IMG/VR virus record: IMGVR_UViG_3300049792_000048
Location: 131,775-195,774 of that record
Reading direction: 5' to 3' (one strand)
Length of the DNA: 64,000 nucleotides
DNA from: a virus
Lineage: Duplodnaviria; Caudoviricetes
In this document: positions 54,323 through 63,060 of the stretch, in pieces
Numbering within the stretch: the first letter of the stretch is position 1
Layout of the letters: each line of letters starts with the position of its first letter
The notes under the pieces: generated by a model
Databases searched by the model: none
What the model was told of the DNA's origin: nothing
The model's input: only the letters and a program-made list of their open reading frames with translations
Position numbers and translations under genes: made by a program

Positions 54323-54615
54323 ATGCGGAGGAGATCAAGAAGCTGAAACACATGCTCGACGCTGCCGTCGAGCATTGTCGTCTCCAGCATCAGGAGATGA
54401 CCTACGACGTCGTCCCCTTCGACAACGACGTCATCGTGAACATCGTGCTGCGGATGCCTATGGCACTCGTCAGGGATAAGATCTCGGGGTACGACTTCAA
54501 GTCGGAGATCCACATCAAGGTTCGCGGCGGTACTCGGAACGCAGTTCTCGAAGACATGACGGCCCGGATGCAGGAGATGGTGACAGGTCTTCACCTGTTT
54601 CTTGGCTTGGCATGA
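54319..54615 (+). CDS. hypothetical protein
   Basis: GAGG SD; ATGA overlap. Confidence 0.6.
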   Translation: MNAEEIKKLKHMLDAAVEHCRLQHQEMTYDVVPFDNDVIVNIVLRMPMALVRDKISGYDFKSEIHIKVRGGTRNAVLEDMTARMQEMVTGLHLFLGLA

Positions 54616-54971
54616 GCTCCTCAAGCGAACCGGAGAAACCTTCGCGCAAGAAGCATGATCGTTTCATGCACGTCGTGTATGGCTTCGGCTACAGGGATTG
54701 GTTGAAGTCCCAAGAGACGAAGTACTTCGGGCGTACTCGTACCTTCGACTGGTACGTCAGCAGTACGCAGCGCAGGGCTCTGGCTCTGGAGAACAACAGG
54801 AACCTGAACCCACTGCTCGTCAACGAGACATTGGGCTGGCGCATCATGGCGGATGCTGAAGACTACGAACGCCAGGCGGGAGTGATGGAGGCGAATCCGT
54901 TCATCGATCGAATCGCCTCCGACCCCGCTCATGCCTTCGCGTTCATGCACTACGACAAAGACGAAGACTGA
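54612..54971 (+). CDS. hypothetical protein
   Basis: ATGA overlap. Confidence 0.6.
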   Translation: MSSSSEPEKPSRKKHDRFMHVVYGFGYRDWLKSQETKYFGRTRTFDWYVSSTQRRALALENNRNLNPLLVNETLGWRIMADAEDYERQAGVMEANPFIDRIASDPAHAFAFMHYDKDED

Positions 54972-54974
54972 TCC

Positions 54975-55247
54975 ATGCGCTGCGCTTCCTGCGGTGGCGC
55001 CGCCCACCCAGCGAGCGGCTGTCAGTATTCGGAGACGTACATCGTCTGCGGACGCTGCACCCGCTCGTTCTGGAACTGGGTGAAGGGGCACACAAACATG
55101 ATGAAGAGGGTGGGGCCGAAGGGTGTGAAGCCTGCTCTCAAGGTTTCGTTCTACGAGGCAGCCGGAGCTCCGATTCGAGTGATCTTCGACGAGATCCTGG
55201 AGATCCCTGACGAGACATTCAGCGTGATAGAGTCGAAGGATGGCTGA
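54975..55247 (+). CDS. Zn-finger protein
   Basis: CASC..HPASGC...CGRC. Confidence 0.65.
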   Translation: MRCASCGGAAHPASGCQYSETYIVCGRCTRSFWNWVKGHTNMMKRVGPKGVKPALKVSFYEAAGAPIRVIFDEILEIPDETFSVIESKDG

Positions 55248-55518
55248 GACCAGGGACGGCAATCCTACTGTGGGGTGGAAGCTCGGCGATCCTCCGCCGG
55301 GCTACTACCGCTTGCAGCTCACGTGCGAGTTCTGCGGAGCTCACAACGGATTCATCTGGCCCGACTCCAGTGCTTTTGCCCTTGGGGTGAAGATCGAGGC
55401 CCCGCCTGGTTCGAGCGACTTCGGCATCTGCCGTCGTTGCGGAAAGAGTGATCAATGCGTGGTGACGAGCGTACCGAAGCGGCCTCCGCCCAAGCCTCCC
55501 GAGCCTTGGTCGTACTGA
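55240..55518 (+). CDS. Zn-ribbon protein
   Basis: CEFC...CRRC. Confidence 0.65.
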   Translation: MAETRDGNPTVGWKLGDPPPGYYRLQLTCEFCGAHNGFIWPDSSAFALGVKIEAPPGSSDFGICRRCGKSDQCVVTSVPKRPPPKPPEPWSY

Positions 55519-55852
55519 GTCCTGAGTTCGGCCCGATCGCAAAGGCGACGACGTGGCTGCTCGAAGAACGTGAAGGGCAGCGTCTGATTGCGGTTCCTCA
55601 GCTTCGTGTCGAGCAAGCGGCTGCGTTCCGCATCATCACAGGGACCGGCCTCGCTCAGATCTTCCAGGGCTGCATCCTGAAGACTGCGGAGTGGGAAGAG
55701 GCAGCAGGCTTCGTCGGTGGGGCCTGGCAGCTTTGGAACCGGAGCATGCCCGACCTCGCAAACAGTGGCTTCGTGTTGGGTACGCAGAACTTCGACATTG
55801 AGAAGGCGGTTCGTGGTCTGAGCATCATGTTGCGCTGAGCCAAAGAAGGCTC

Positions 55853-55881
55853 TTGACCTAGCTGTATGCTCTCTGTATTCT
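55853..55881 (+). promoter_or_regulatory. sigma70-like promoter, leaderless arrangement
   Basis: TTGACC-17 nt-TATTCT, with ATG 7 nt downstream and no SD. Confidence 0.55.
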
Positions 55882-55888
55882 CCTTCGC

Positions 55889-56890
55889 ATGACACTTCCG
55901 CGAAGGCCTGGAGCGCCTGGTCCTGTGGGCCGTGGCCCTGCCGCAGTCGCGCCGCGAACGCCGGGTGCAGTCCCGCCGCGTCCGGTGAGCCCGCAGGTGA
56001 AGGACTACACCAGAGACCTCGCTGCTCGGGCCAAGGGCCTTGGTCAAGCGCAGAAGGTGATGATCCCGAACCTCGGCGCTGCTGCGGCCGAGTACCGTCC
56101 GGAGAAGGACGGGCCGATGACTCTGTCGAAGATCGCGGAAGCCCAGGAGAACATCAGGACCATGGACGAGAACGATCGCAAGCCCTCTCTCAGTGCCGAG
56201 ACCATTCAGGGCCTGCAAGCCCTTCACCAGCAGACGGCTGCTCAACAGAGGCCGCCCACTCCGCCTCCGGCTCAGCCGCAAGTGGAGGTGCCTGCTGCGG
56301 AGATGCCGAAGTCGGCCGAGGGTAAGAAGAGCGTCACCAAGCTGTCGGATGACGAAGCTCAGCGTCTCACCGAGACATCGGACATCGACTTCGACTTGAT
56401 GATGCAGCGGCTGCGCAACGACGTCCTCAACAACGAGGATGAGCGCAAGGCGGTCGAGGCCCGGGTGAAGGAGATGAATCTCACTGATGGTCTCGTCAGT
56501 GGTGAGTTCAAGCAGCTCGTGCCGATCATGCCGGGCAAGCTGGAGGTGGTGTTCCGCTCGATCTCGCCACTGGAGAATGAGGAGATTCGCCAGAAGCTGT
56601 TGGAGCAGCAGCTCGAAGACGAGAAGCTGGCGAACTCGTCGGTGCTCAGCGAGCGCTACGGGTTCATGCAGACCGTCGCGGCGGTGCACTCCATCAACGG
56701 CCAGGAGATGCCCAAGCATCTCGGCTCCGACAAGGGCATCCGCGTCTTCAAGTGGGACACCTTCCAGAAGAAGGTCCAGCTCTTCATGGGCTATCCGAGC
56801 CCGTTCATCCACTCGCTGTCCACGCACGCGTACTGGTTCGATCTGAGGGTGCGCAAGCTCTTCAGCTCGACCGCACTAAAAAATGGCTAG
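55889..56890 (+). CDS. putative tail assembly chaperone (G-like), Pro-rich N-terminus
   Basis: Ends ...LKNG-stop over A AAA AAT; VHSINGQ and FDLRVRKLF segments. Confidence 0.55.
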   Translation: MTLPRRPGAPGPVGRGPAAVAPRTPGAVPPRPVSPQVKDYTRDLAARAKGLGQAQKVMIPNLGAAAAEYRPEKDGPMTLSKIAEAQENIRTMDENDRKPSLSAETIQGLQALHQQTAAQQRPPTPPPAQPQVEVPAAEMPKSAEGKKSVTKLSDDEAQRLTETSDIDFDLMMQRLRNDVLNNEDERKAVEARVKEMNLTDGLVSGEFKQLVPIMPGKLEVVFRSISPLENEEIRQKLLEQQLEDEKLANSSVLSERYGFMQTVAAVHSINGQEMPKHLGSDKGIRVFKWDTFQKKVQLFMGYPSPFIHSLSTHAYWFDLRVRKLFSSTALKNG

Positions 56891-57294
56891 CGACTTCTGT
56901 GGGGTGGGCTCTGGGGAACGTCATGTACGACAAGTACCCGGGTCTTCCGCCGCCGAACTCCCCGCAGGAGTCGCTGTTCATGCTCATCGCTCTTCGGCGG
57001 ATGGAAGCAGACCTCCTCTCGACCCGAGCTCTCGTTCACGCAGGCATCACGTCCGAGTCCCAGGTCGAACCCATCGTCAAGGCGTTCCAGGAGTACGCCG
57101 ACAAGACCCTCCCGTTCTTGGCCAACGCTCAGAACCTCGATCATCAAGCTGAGAAGGACGCTCTACTGCGCTTCACCAAGGTCAGGGCTCGGATCAACAA
57201 GACCGAACTCTACAAGAAGAAGGCCGCTCTGCTCCGCAAGGGAGCCTCGGCCCCCAACAAGTTCAAGCTCCAGCCCCGCATGCCGGGCCTCTGA
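56878..57294 (+). CDS. -1 frame extension (GT-like) of the 55889 gene
   Basis: Open -1 frame KKWLATSVGW...MPGL beginning at the slippery site; no clear SD start. Confidence 0.55.
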   Translation, partial: KKWLATSVGWALGNVMYDKYPGLPPPNSPQESLFMLIALRRMEADLLSTRALVHAGITSESQVEPIVKAFQEYADKTLPFLANAQNLDHQAEKDALLRFTKVRARINKTELYKKKAALLRKGASAPNKFKLQPRMPGL

Positions 57295-57303
57295 GGATTC
57301 AAC

Positions 57304-57636
57304 GTGCGCGAAACCAATATGTACGGCGATCGTTCTGGCTTCTCCGACTTCTACGAGCGGGCCTTCGAGCCCGAGGTCGTTCCGGTGTCGAACTTCAAGA
57401 TCAAGTGGCCCGAGGGCTACTGGAAGGAGTACGACACGCTCGCTGCTCTGGCCAAGCAGATCTCGAAGTCCGATCAGGTCAACATCGTGGTCTTGCTCAA
57501 CGGCAAGTATCAGGTGCGGGCGAAGAAGGCGCGTGGAGCTCAGTTCGTCTTCTCCAGCGGGCCGGAGTCTCACGACCGCCTTCTCGCGTGGAACGCATTC
57601 ATCGAGCTCACCGACCGCACCAATGGGAAGCAGTGA
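57304..57636 (+). CDS. hypothetical protein
   Basis: GAGG SD; GTG start. Confidence 0.65.
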   Translation: MRETNMYGDRSGFSDFYERAFEPEVVPVSNFKIKWPEGYWKEYDTLAALAKQISKSDQVNIVVLLNGKYQVRAKKARGAQFVFSSGPESHDRLLAWNAFIELTDRTNGKQ

Positions 57637-57638
57637 AC

Positions 57639-58121
57639 ATGAACAACCAGCAGCTCTACACCCATGAAGACTTCGCGAATCTCTCCACCAACGAGAAGCA
57701 TGCGGCGCTTCACTACGTGTCGCCAACGCTCGCGGAAGTCGGCAAGAGCGCCGATGACAATGAGCTCATCGAGCTCTACAAGACCGCCGCCAACACCGAT
57801 TCAGTGCCGGTGGTCCCAGTCATCATGGCGGCCGACGGCAAGCACCTCGCTCTCGGTGAGGCGCTGCATCCGCTGCCGGAGCTCCCCGTCGACCTGAAGA
57901 TGACGGAGGCGGAGCAGGACCTCATGCACCGAGTCGGCCTCGACATGTACGTTCTGTCGGCGGAGGCTGGAACTGGCGCGCTGAGTGCGACCACCTCGGA
58001 GGTCATGCTCGAAGTCAGTCGTCGACAGAAGCTCGACCTCCCGACGCCCACCAAGGCAGAGATCGAGGTCCGCTGGAAGGCGTATTGCACGAAGCGCAAC
58101 ACCGAGTTGGAGGTCGGCTGA
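57639..58121 (+). CDS. hypothetical protein
   Basis: TGAACATGAAC start. Confidence 0.65.
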   Translation: MNNQQLYTHEDFANLSTNEKHAALHYVSPTLAEVGKSADDNELIELYKTAANTDSVPVVPVIMAADGKHLALGEALHPLPELPVDLKMTEAEQDLMHRVGLDMYVLSAEAGTGALSATTSEVMLEVSRRQKLDLPTPTKAEIEVRWKAYCTKRNTELEVG

Positions 58122-58747
58122 TGGATCAGCAGATCTACATCTGTGCGAAGTGCGGCTGTCCCGACCTGGAGATGTCCAAGTCGAGCATCATCGTCAGCGC
58201 TGATCAGAAGAAGGTTCGCTGCCCGAACTGCAAGTGGGAGGGTGTTCTGTCGGAGACGGCAGGCATCCTCACTACTGAGAAGATCTTCGACACGAAGGCG
58301 GTGCTGAACCTCCTCCTGTTCGTGACGACGAAGCATGCCGCGGGCCCGATCGCACAGGCGCTGGTGTTCATCGGCCTCATCGAGAAGGACGACCAGGAAG
58401 GCATCGACATCGTGATGCGTGCGGCCACCGAGGGCATCATCGAGAAGGCCTTCATGGCGGCGGCCGAGCATGCGGCGAAGAAGGGCAGTCTCGGGGAGAA
58501 GCCGGACGACATCCAAGAGCAGGTGAAGAACCTCGACTCGAAGATCATCATCGAGGAGCTCGGTGATGGCCCTCCGAAGATGATTGGAATGGTCCACATT
58601 CCGCAGATCGCCCTCGAGGAGCTCGAAGCGCTCCAGAAGGCGCTCGATACCCCCATCACCGGCCCGATCATCGTGAGCCAGGACACGGCGAGAGAGCTCG
58701 GCATCAGTGCCGACAACCACGTGTCGGTCGAGGAGGATCTCACATGA
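58121..58747 (+). CDS. Zn-ribbon protein
   Basis: CAKC...CPNC; GGAGG SD. Confidence 0.7.
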   Translation: MDQQIYICAKCGCPDLEMSKSSIIVSADQKKVRCPNCKWEGVLSETAGILTTEKIFDTKAVLNLLLFVTTKHAAGPIAQALVFIGLIEKDDQEGIDIVMRAATEGIIEKAFMAAAEHAAKKGSLGEKPDDIQEQVKNLDSKIIIEELGDGPPKMIGMVHIPQIALEELEALQKALDTPITGPIIVSQDTARELGISADNHVSVEEDLT

Positions 58748-58941
58748 AGCTCAACATCGAGGAAGTCGAGAACGGCTTCATCGTCGAAGAGATCACAGAG
58801 GTCAAGTTCGGCAAGGACCCTCTGCCGGGCAAGAAGTACGTGTTCACTCCTTCGGTGGATGGTACGGCGCTCGACTCGATGCAGAAGTTCATCACGGACT
58901 TCTACTCGAAGCGCCCGCACAAGAACTCCCGGAAGGAGTAG
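58744..58941 (+). CDS. small phage protein (I..VENGFIV family)
   Basis: IEEVENGFIV...KYVF. Confidence 0.7.
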   Translation: MKLNIEEVENGFIVEEITEVKFGKDPLPGKKYVFTPSVDGTALDSMQKFITDFYSKRPHKNSRKE

Positions 58942-58944
58942 ACG

Positions 58945-59289
58945 ATGGAACGCGACCAGGAACTGGAGATGATCGAGAAGGAGCTGCGTGGCAAGCCCAC
59001 GCCCCATCTCCATCGTCCAGACGAGCTCCCGATCGATGACGGCACGACCTGCTTCATGAATCAGGAGCGGATGTGTGCCTCGGACTGTCGGGCGTACAAC
59101 ACGAACTCGAAGCCGGGTGAGGGGGCTGACTGCTGCCTCATTCTCGCTTCGCTCCTCGACATCGGGGGCAAGATGGACGGTGTCATCGCTGTCGCGTCTC
59201 TTTTGCGTAAGCAGAAGATCGAAGCAGCTCGCGTCGAAGCCGGCAATGCGCCGGTCCCCGATCCTCGGGGAGGAAAGAAGACAAAGTGA
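58945..59289 (+). CDS. Cys-cluster protein
   Basis: CFM...C..DCRAY...CC. Confidence 0.65.
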   Translation: MERDQELEMIEKELRGKPTPHLHRPDELPIDDGTTCFMNQERMCASDCRAYNTNSKPGEGADCCLILASLLDIGGKMDGVIAVASLLRKQKIEAARVEAGNAPVPDPRGGKKTK

Positions 59290-59840
59290 AGATCACGGCA
59301 AACGTTCTCGGAGTCGAACAGGCCCTCAACTTCGACACGATGGAGCAGACGTGCATGCTCGTCTTCGAGCTCTTCGGCCAGGCCATGCGGGTCCCGATCA
59401 CCGAGGATCAGATGGAGGAGCTCACCGTCAGTGCGGTGAATGACAAGAAGCGTGGTCCATCGACGCCGACCGAGCACACCGCCACAACGGCGTTCGAGGA
59501 TGCTCGTGAGGGCCTCGATGGTGCTGAGCCTTCTCCTGGAGCTCAGGAGGCGGAGGAGCGTCCCTTCAGTCTCGTCCAGTCGGCCGGCCCAGTCATGGCG
59601 TCGCTCAGTGATGGCCCTCCGGACAGCGAGATGACTCCTGGTGGCCTCGAAGGGATCTTCGGGGATGAGGAGAAGAAGGTCAGCACGCTGCGAGCTCGCA
59701 GCCGCCCCACCCGCACCGTCACGCAAGACGAAGCTGGCAATCCGCTGGTCGATGGCTCTCCTCCGCCCGAGCAGGTCGAGGTTCGGTCGAACCTGCCGCA
59801 GGTTCCCGGCTTCGACAGTGAAGACTTCCCGGCAGGTTGA
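59286..59840 (+). CDS. hypothetical protein with disordered acidic C-terminus
   Basis: GTGA overlap. Confidence 0.65.
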   Translation: MKITANVLGVEQALNFDTMEQTCMLVFELFGQAMRVPITEDQMEELTVSAVNDKKRGPSTPTEHTATTAFEDAREGLDGAEPSPGAQEAEERPFSLVQSAGPVMASLSDGPPDSEMTPGGLEGIFGDEEKKVSTLRARSRPTRTVTQDEAGNPLVDGSPPPEQVEVRSNLPQVPGFDSEDFPAG

Positions 59841-59841
59841 G

Positions 59842-60192
59842 ATGCGCCACATCACGATCGACCTCCGGCAGAAGCCGGAGGACAGAGACCCGAAGAACCT
59901 GGAGGCCGATCTCATCATCGAGATCGATCTCTACGACGACGGGTACATCGCGAGCTACCACCGACGTGTCGAGCCGGGGAAGTACGAGCCGTACAACGTC
60001 TGGAACCGCATCGACCGCAAGGAGATGGTTCGGCACCACGTCAGCGTGATTCGTGATGTGAAGCCCAAGACGGTCGTGATTCGGACGGGGAAGTACTCGA
60101 CCGGCCACGTGAAGGACATCTCGATCCACCCCTCGGTGGTCGCCAACATCATCAATGGAACGTTCGGTGCCGACAACCTCACGCTCGGCTAG
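59842..60192 (+). CDS. hypothetical protein
   Basis: 116-aa ORF. Confidence 0.65.
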   Translation: MRHITIDLRQKPEDRDPKNLEADLIIEIDLYDDGYIASYHRRVEPGKYEPYNVWNRIDRKEMVRHHVSVIRDVKPKTVVIRTGKYSTGHVKDISIHPSVVANIINGTFGADNLTLG

Positions 60193-60210
60193 TAAGAAAG
60201 AGAGAAGCAC

Positions 60211-60633
60211 ATGGCCCAGGTTCAGGATCCCACTCGCGTCGGTCACTACCCCGAAGGTCGTGCCAACCGCATCATCTCGATCACGCCCGCGCAGCACGTC
60301 ATGGTGCGCTACGTCAACCCGGATGGCCGGGAGACCATGGCGCTGATCCTGGCCTTCGGTGAGGCCAACTACGGCAAGGGTGGCCAGGGTGGTCCCGTGC
60401 TCCCCGGCATCTTCATCCTCGCCAACGAGTCGCAGCTCGGCGCGCAGCTCCGTCTCGCCCCCATCGATCACGCGAAGTCGATCATCGCGGCGATGGAGGA
60501 CAAGGGCCTCATCGTGGACGGCAAGCTCCAGGGCTCCACTCCGGTGGCTGCCCCGGCTCTCCCCGACGTCAGCGGCGTCTTCGGCGAGATCGACGACGAG
60601 GACAAGGCAGAGAAGTCCGCCGACAAGAAGTGA
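60211..60633 (+). CDS. hypothetical protein, strongly biased codons
   Basis: 140 aa; purine-rich leader. Confidence 0.7.
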   Translation: MAQVQDPTRVGHYPEGRANRIISITPAQHVMVRYVNPDGRETMALILAFGEANYGKGGQGGPVLPGIFILANESQLGAQLRLAPIDHAKSIIAAMEDKGLIVDGKLQGSTPVAAPALPDVSGVFGEIDDEDKAEKSADKK

Positions 60634-60794
60634 GTTCTGGCACGGCCCTCGTGCAACTCTGACTGGTCCCACACACATGTAGTGGTGGGACTCAAACAAG
60701 GACACGAACATGAACTACATGCTCTACGAGGGCTACAAGCCGAAGCCGGAGGCCAAGAGCCTTCTCGATACCCGTCGCTGAAAGGAACACGAAC

Positions 60795-61241
60795 ATGAAC
60801 ATCCCCACCAGAGAAGCGCTCTACGAGAAGCTCAAGAGCATCGCCCCTGATCTCGCGATCGGCAAGACCCGCGCACGCCGGGAGGAGCTCGAACGGCTTC
60901 TCCTCATCGAACAGCCCGGCGTCTATGGTGTCCGAGACATCACGATGCTCCCTGCGCCGGTGGTGACTCCGTTGCGGCCTCGGCGGGCGAAGCCCCGCCA
61001 GACGAAGGTCAAGGCCGTCATCCCGCTCATCACGGATGCGCAGCGCGAGAACCTGTCTCGCACGCTGGCGACCATCGATGCCTCGAAGCACGTTCTGGAC
61101 ACGGCTCCGCTCACCACTGACAACCTCGCTCACCTCGTCTCGCTCTTCAGTGAGGTTCCTGTCTCGACGGAGACCGTGAAGTCGGTGCTCAACACCTTCT
61201 TCGGGCTTCGCTCGCGGCTGTCTCAGAAGAGCGCGGCGTAG
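60795..61241 (+). CDS. hypothetical protein
   Basis: AAAGGAACACGAACATGAAC start. Confidence 0.7.
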   Translation: MNIPTREALYEKLKSIAPDLAIGKTRARREELERLLLIEQPGVYGVRDITMLPAPVVTPLRPRRAKPRQTKVKAVIPLITDAQRENLSRTLATIDASKHVLDTAPLTTDNLAHLVSLFSEVPVSTETVKSVLNTFFGLRSRLSQKSAA

Positions 61242-61250
61242 TAGAACAGC

Positions 61251-61269
61251 CTATAAGAGAGGTAAGGAG
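61251..61269 (+). promoter_or_regulatory. putative phage promoter motif plus SD
   Basis: CTATAAGAGAGGTAAGGAG. Confidence 0.6.
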
Positions 61270-61277
61270 AGAACATC

Positions 61278-61931
61278 ATGTGGGATTTCATCAAGAGCTG
61301 GAAGTTCATGGCCATCATCATCGGCATCTTCACTGCCGTCGTGGTTGGTCTCGTCATCTTCGGTGTCGTGACGCACACGGAGGCCGGGCTCGATCCGAAC
61401 TTCAATCTGATTCCGGATGAGGTGACGGCTGGTCAACTCACGCTTCCGATTGGGGTCTGTCCGAACTCGTACACGTCTGATCCTCACACCGCCGAAGTGC
61501 TTCAGCGTGTGGCTTTTCTCGGCAACACCGAGAATGCCTGGACCAATCCCACGCACGATGATGCGCAGGCTGTGGCGGATGCAGTCGACATCATCAACCA
61601 GCGTCTCGGTCGTCGGGTGCTTCGGGCCGGTGATGACTGCCTGATCCACGTGAACGTCGGTGTTCCGCTCGACCCGAGCTGGCGTCACGAGCCGGGTGGT
61701 CGGGCATGGCGCTGCCACGACTCCTGCTGCATCGAGACTGCCAACACCGGTACATCAGAGATGCTGAGCCTCGCTCTTCAGCATGAGCTGGGGCACTGCC
61801 TCGGCTTGGCTGACGAGACCGACGTCAACGCCGTCAGCATCATGGCGCCGGACCTGCATCCTACGGGAGGCGGGTTCCCGCCGAGGATCACGGACTCCGA
61901 TCGCAGCCTTCTCCTCGGCATCTATCACTGA
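61278..61931 (+). CDS. membrane-anchored matrixin/metzincin-like metalloprotease
   Basis: N-terminal TM; QHELGHCLGLAD...SIMAP Met-turn. Confidence 0.75.
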   Translation: MWDFIKSWKFMAIIIGIFTAVVVGLVIFGVVTHTEAGLDPNFNLIPDEVTAGQLTLPIGVCPNSYTSDPHTAEVLQRVAFLGNTENAWTNPTHDDAQAVADAVDIINQRLGRRVLRAGDDCLIHVNVGVPLDPSWRHEPGGRAWRCHDSCCIETANTGTSEMLSLALQHELGHCLGLADETDVNAVSIMAPDLHPTGGGFPPRITDSDRSLLLGIYH

Positions 61932-61956
61932 GTCTTCGACTCCCACGGACCACAAC

Positions 61957-62352
61957 ATGAACACGTTCCAGCTCCTCGATGGCCGCATGATGCGTGTCCT
62001 CGGCAACAACATCTTGGTCGAGCGCGTCAAGCTCCCCGACACCTACAGGGGGTCCTCGATCATCATCGATCGGCAGAAGGAGGACGCCACAGCCATCGGT
62101 ATCATTCGGGCTGTGGGTCGGCATGCCGTCAAGAAGCCGCGCCCGGATGGTCCTGAGTACGTGCCGATCGACGTCCTGGAGCCCGGGATGAAGTGCGCCT
62201 TCCTCTGGTTCTACGCGGAGCGGCACACGAACCTCCAGATCCAGGAGAGGCTCGGTCAGAGCCTTCTCATCCTGAAGTGGGAGGACATCTCCTTCGCGTG
62301 GGATGCCAGTGAAGAGCACGAGGTCTCCGGCATCTGCTCGATGGGCGCCTGA
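61957..62352 (+). CDS. groES: GroES/Cpn10-like co-chaperonin
   Basis: MRVLGNNILVERV...GSSIII...GIIRAVG...LEPG...LLILKWEDI. Confidence 0.75.
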   Translation: MNTFQLLDGRMMRVLGNNILVERVKLPDTYRGSSIIIDRQKEDATAIGIIRAVGRHAVKKPRPDGPEYVPIDVLEPGMKCAFLWFYAERHTNLQIQERLGQSLLILKWEDISFAWDASEEHEVSGICSMGA

Positions 62353-62381
62353 GCCTGCTACGCTACGCGACTGGAGACACC

Positions 62382-62657
62382 ATGGACTGGAACACCCTCA
62401 TCTACCTGAGCACTCTCGTTCTGCTCGCTGCCGTTGGCGCGTGGATGCACGTCCGCCTCTCGGCGATCGGTGTGAGGGCCAGGCGGCTCGACTTCGATTT
62501 CGAGCGTCTCCAGTTCGCGAGAAAGCAGCACGACGACGTCAAGGTGCGTCTCGATCAGATTCGAACGATGGGAAACCTCCCGAGCCCTTTGATGGGCATG
62601 GGAGGTCCGCTCCCTCCTCGCCGGCGTGGGCCGGGGGAAGGGGACATGGACTCATGA
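62382..62657 (+). CDS. small membrane protein
   Basis: N-terminal TM; GGAG SD. Confidence 0.6.
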   Translation: MDWNTLIYLSTLVLLAAVGAWMHVRLSAIGVRARRLDFDFERLQFARKQHDDVKVRLDQIRTMGNLPSPLMGMGGPLPPRRRGPGEGDMDS

Positions 62658-62884
62658 TCACTTTCCGTATCGTGACACCTCGCGTCACCAAGGACATCGT
62701 CTTCGAGGATCACGTGAAGGGGAACATGTGGCTGAAGAAGCTCTACAGGGTCATCGGGCGTGAGCGGGAGTACCGCGTGCATGACATCGGTGAGACCGTG
62801 CATGCCGTGCATGTCGACCTGCCCATCAAAGAGCTCGTCGACAAGGGTGTCTCCTTCGTCGGTGCCACCACGGTGACGCGGTGA
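62654..62884 (+). CDS. hypothetical protein
   Basis: ATGA overlap. Confidence 0.55.
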   Translation: MITFRIVTPRVTKDIVFEDHVKGNMWLKKLYRVIGREREYRVHDIGETVHAVHVDLPIKELVDKGVSFVGATTVTR

Positions 62885-63042
62885 GGTTCTTGCGCAACTA
62901 CGTCAGGGCCATCCACGAGAACAGCTTGGGGTTGTCCTACCTCGTTACGCTGACGCCGCTGGCGTACCTCGCGATGATGCCGGTGGCGGTGGTTGCGGTG
63001 ACGTTCATCGCCGCACTGGATCCCGAAGAGCTCGATCACTGA
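62881..63042 (+). CDS. small membrane protein
   Basis: GTGA overlap; hydrophobic segment. Confidence 0.5.
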   Translation: MRFLRNYVRAIHENSLGLSYLVTLTPLAYLAMMPVAVVAVTFIAALDPEELDH

Positions 63043-63060
63043 ATCTTTGCCACAAGGAAC

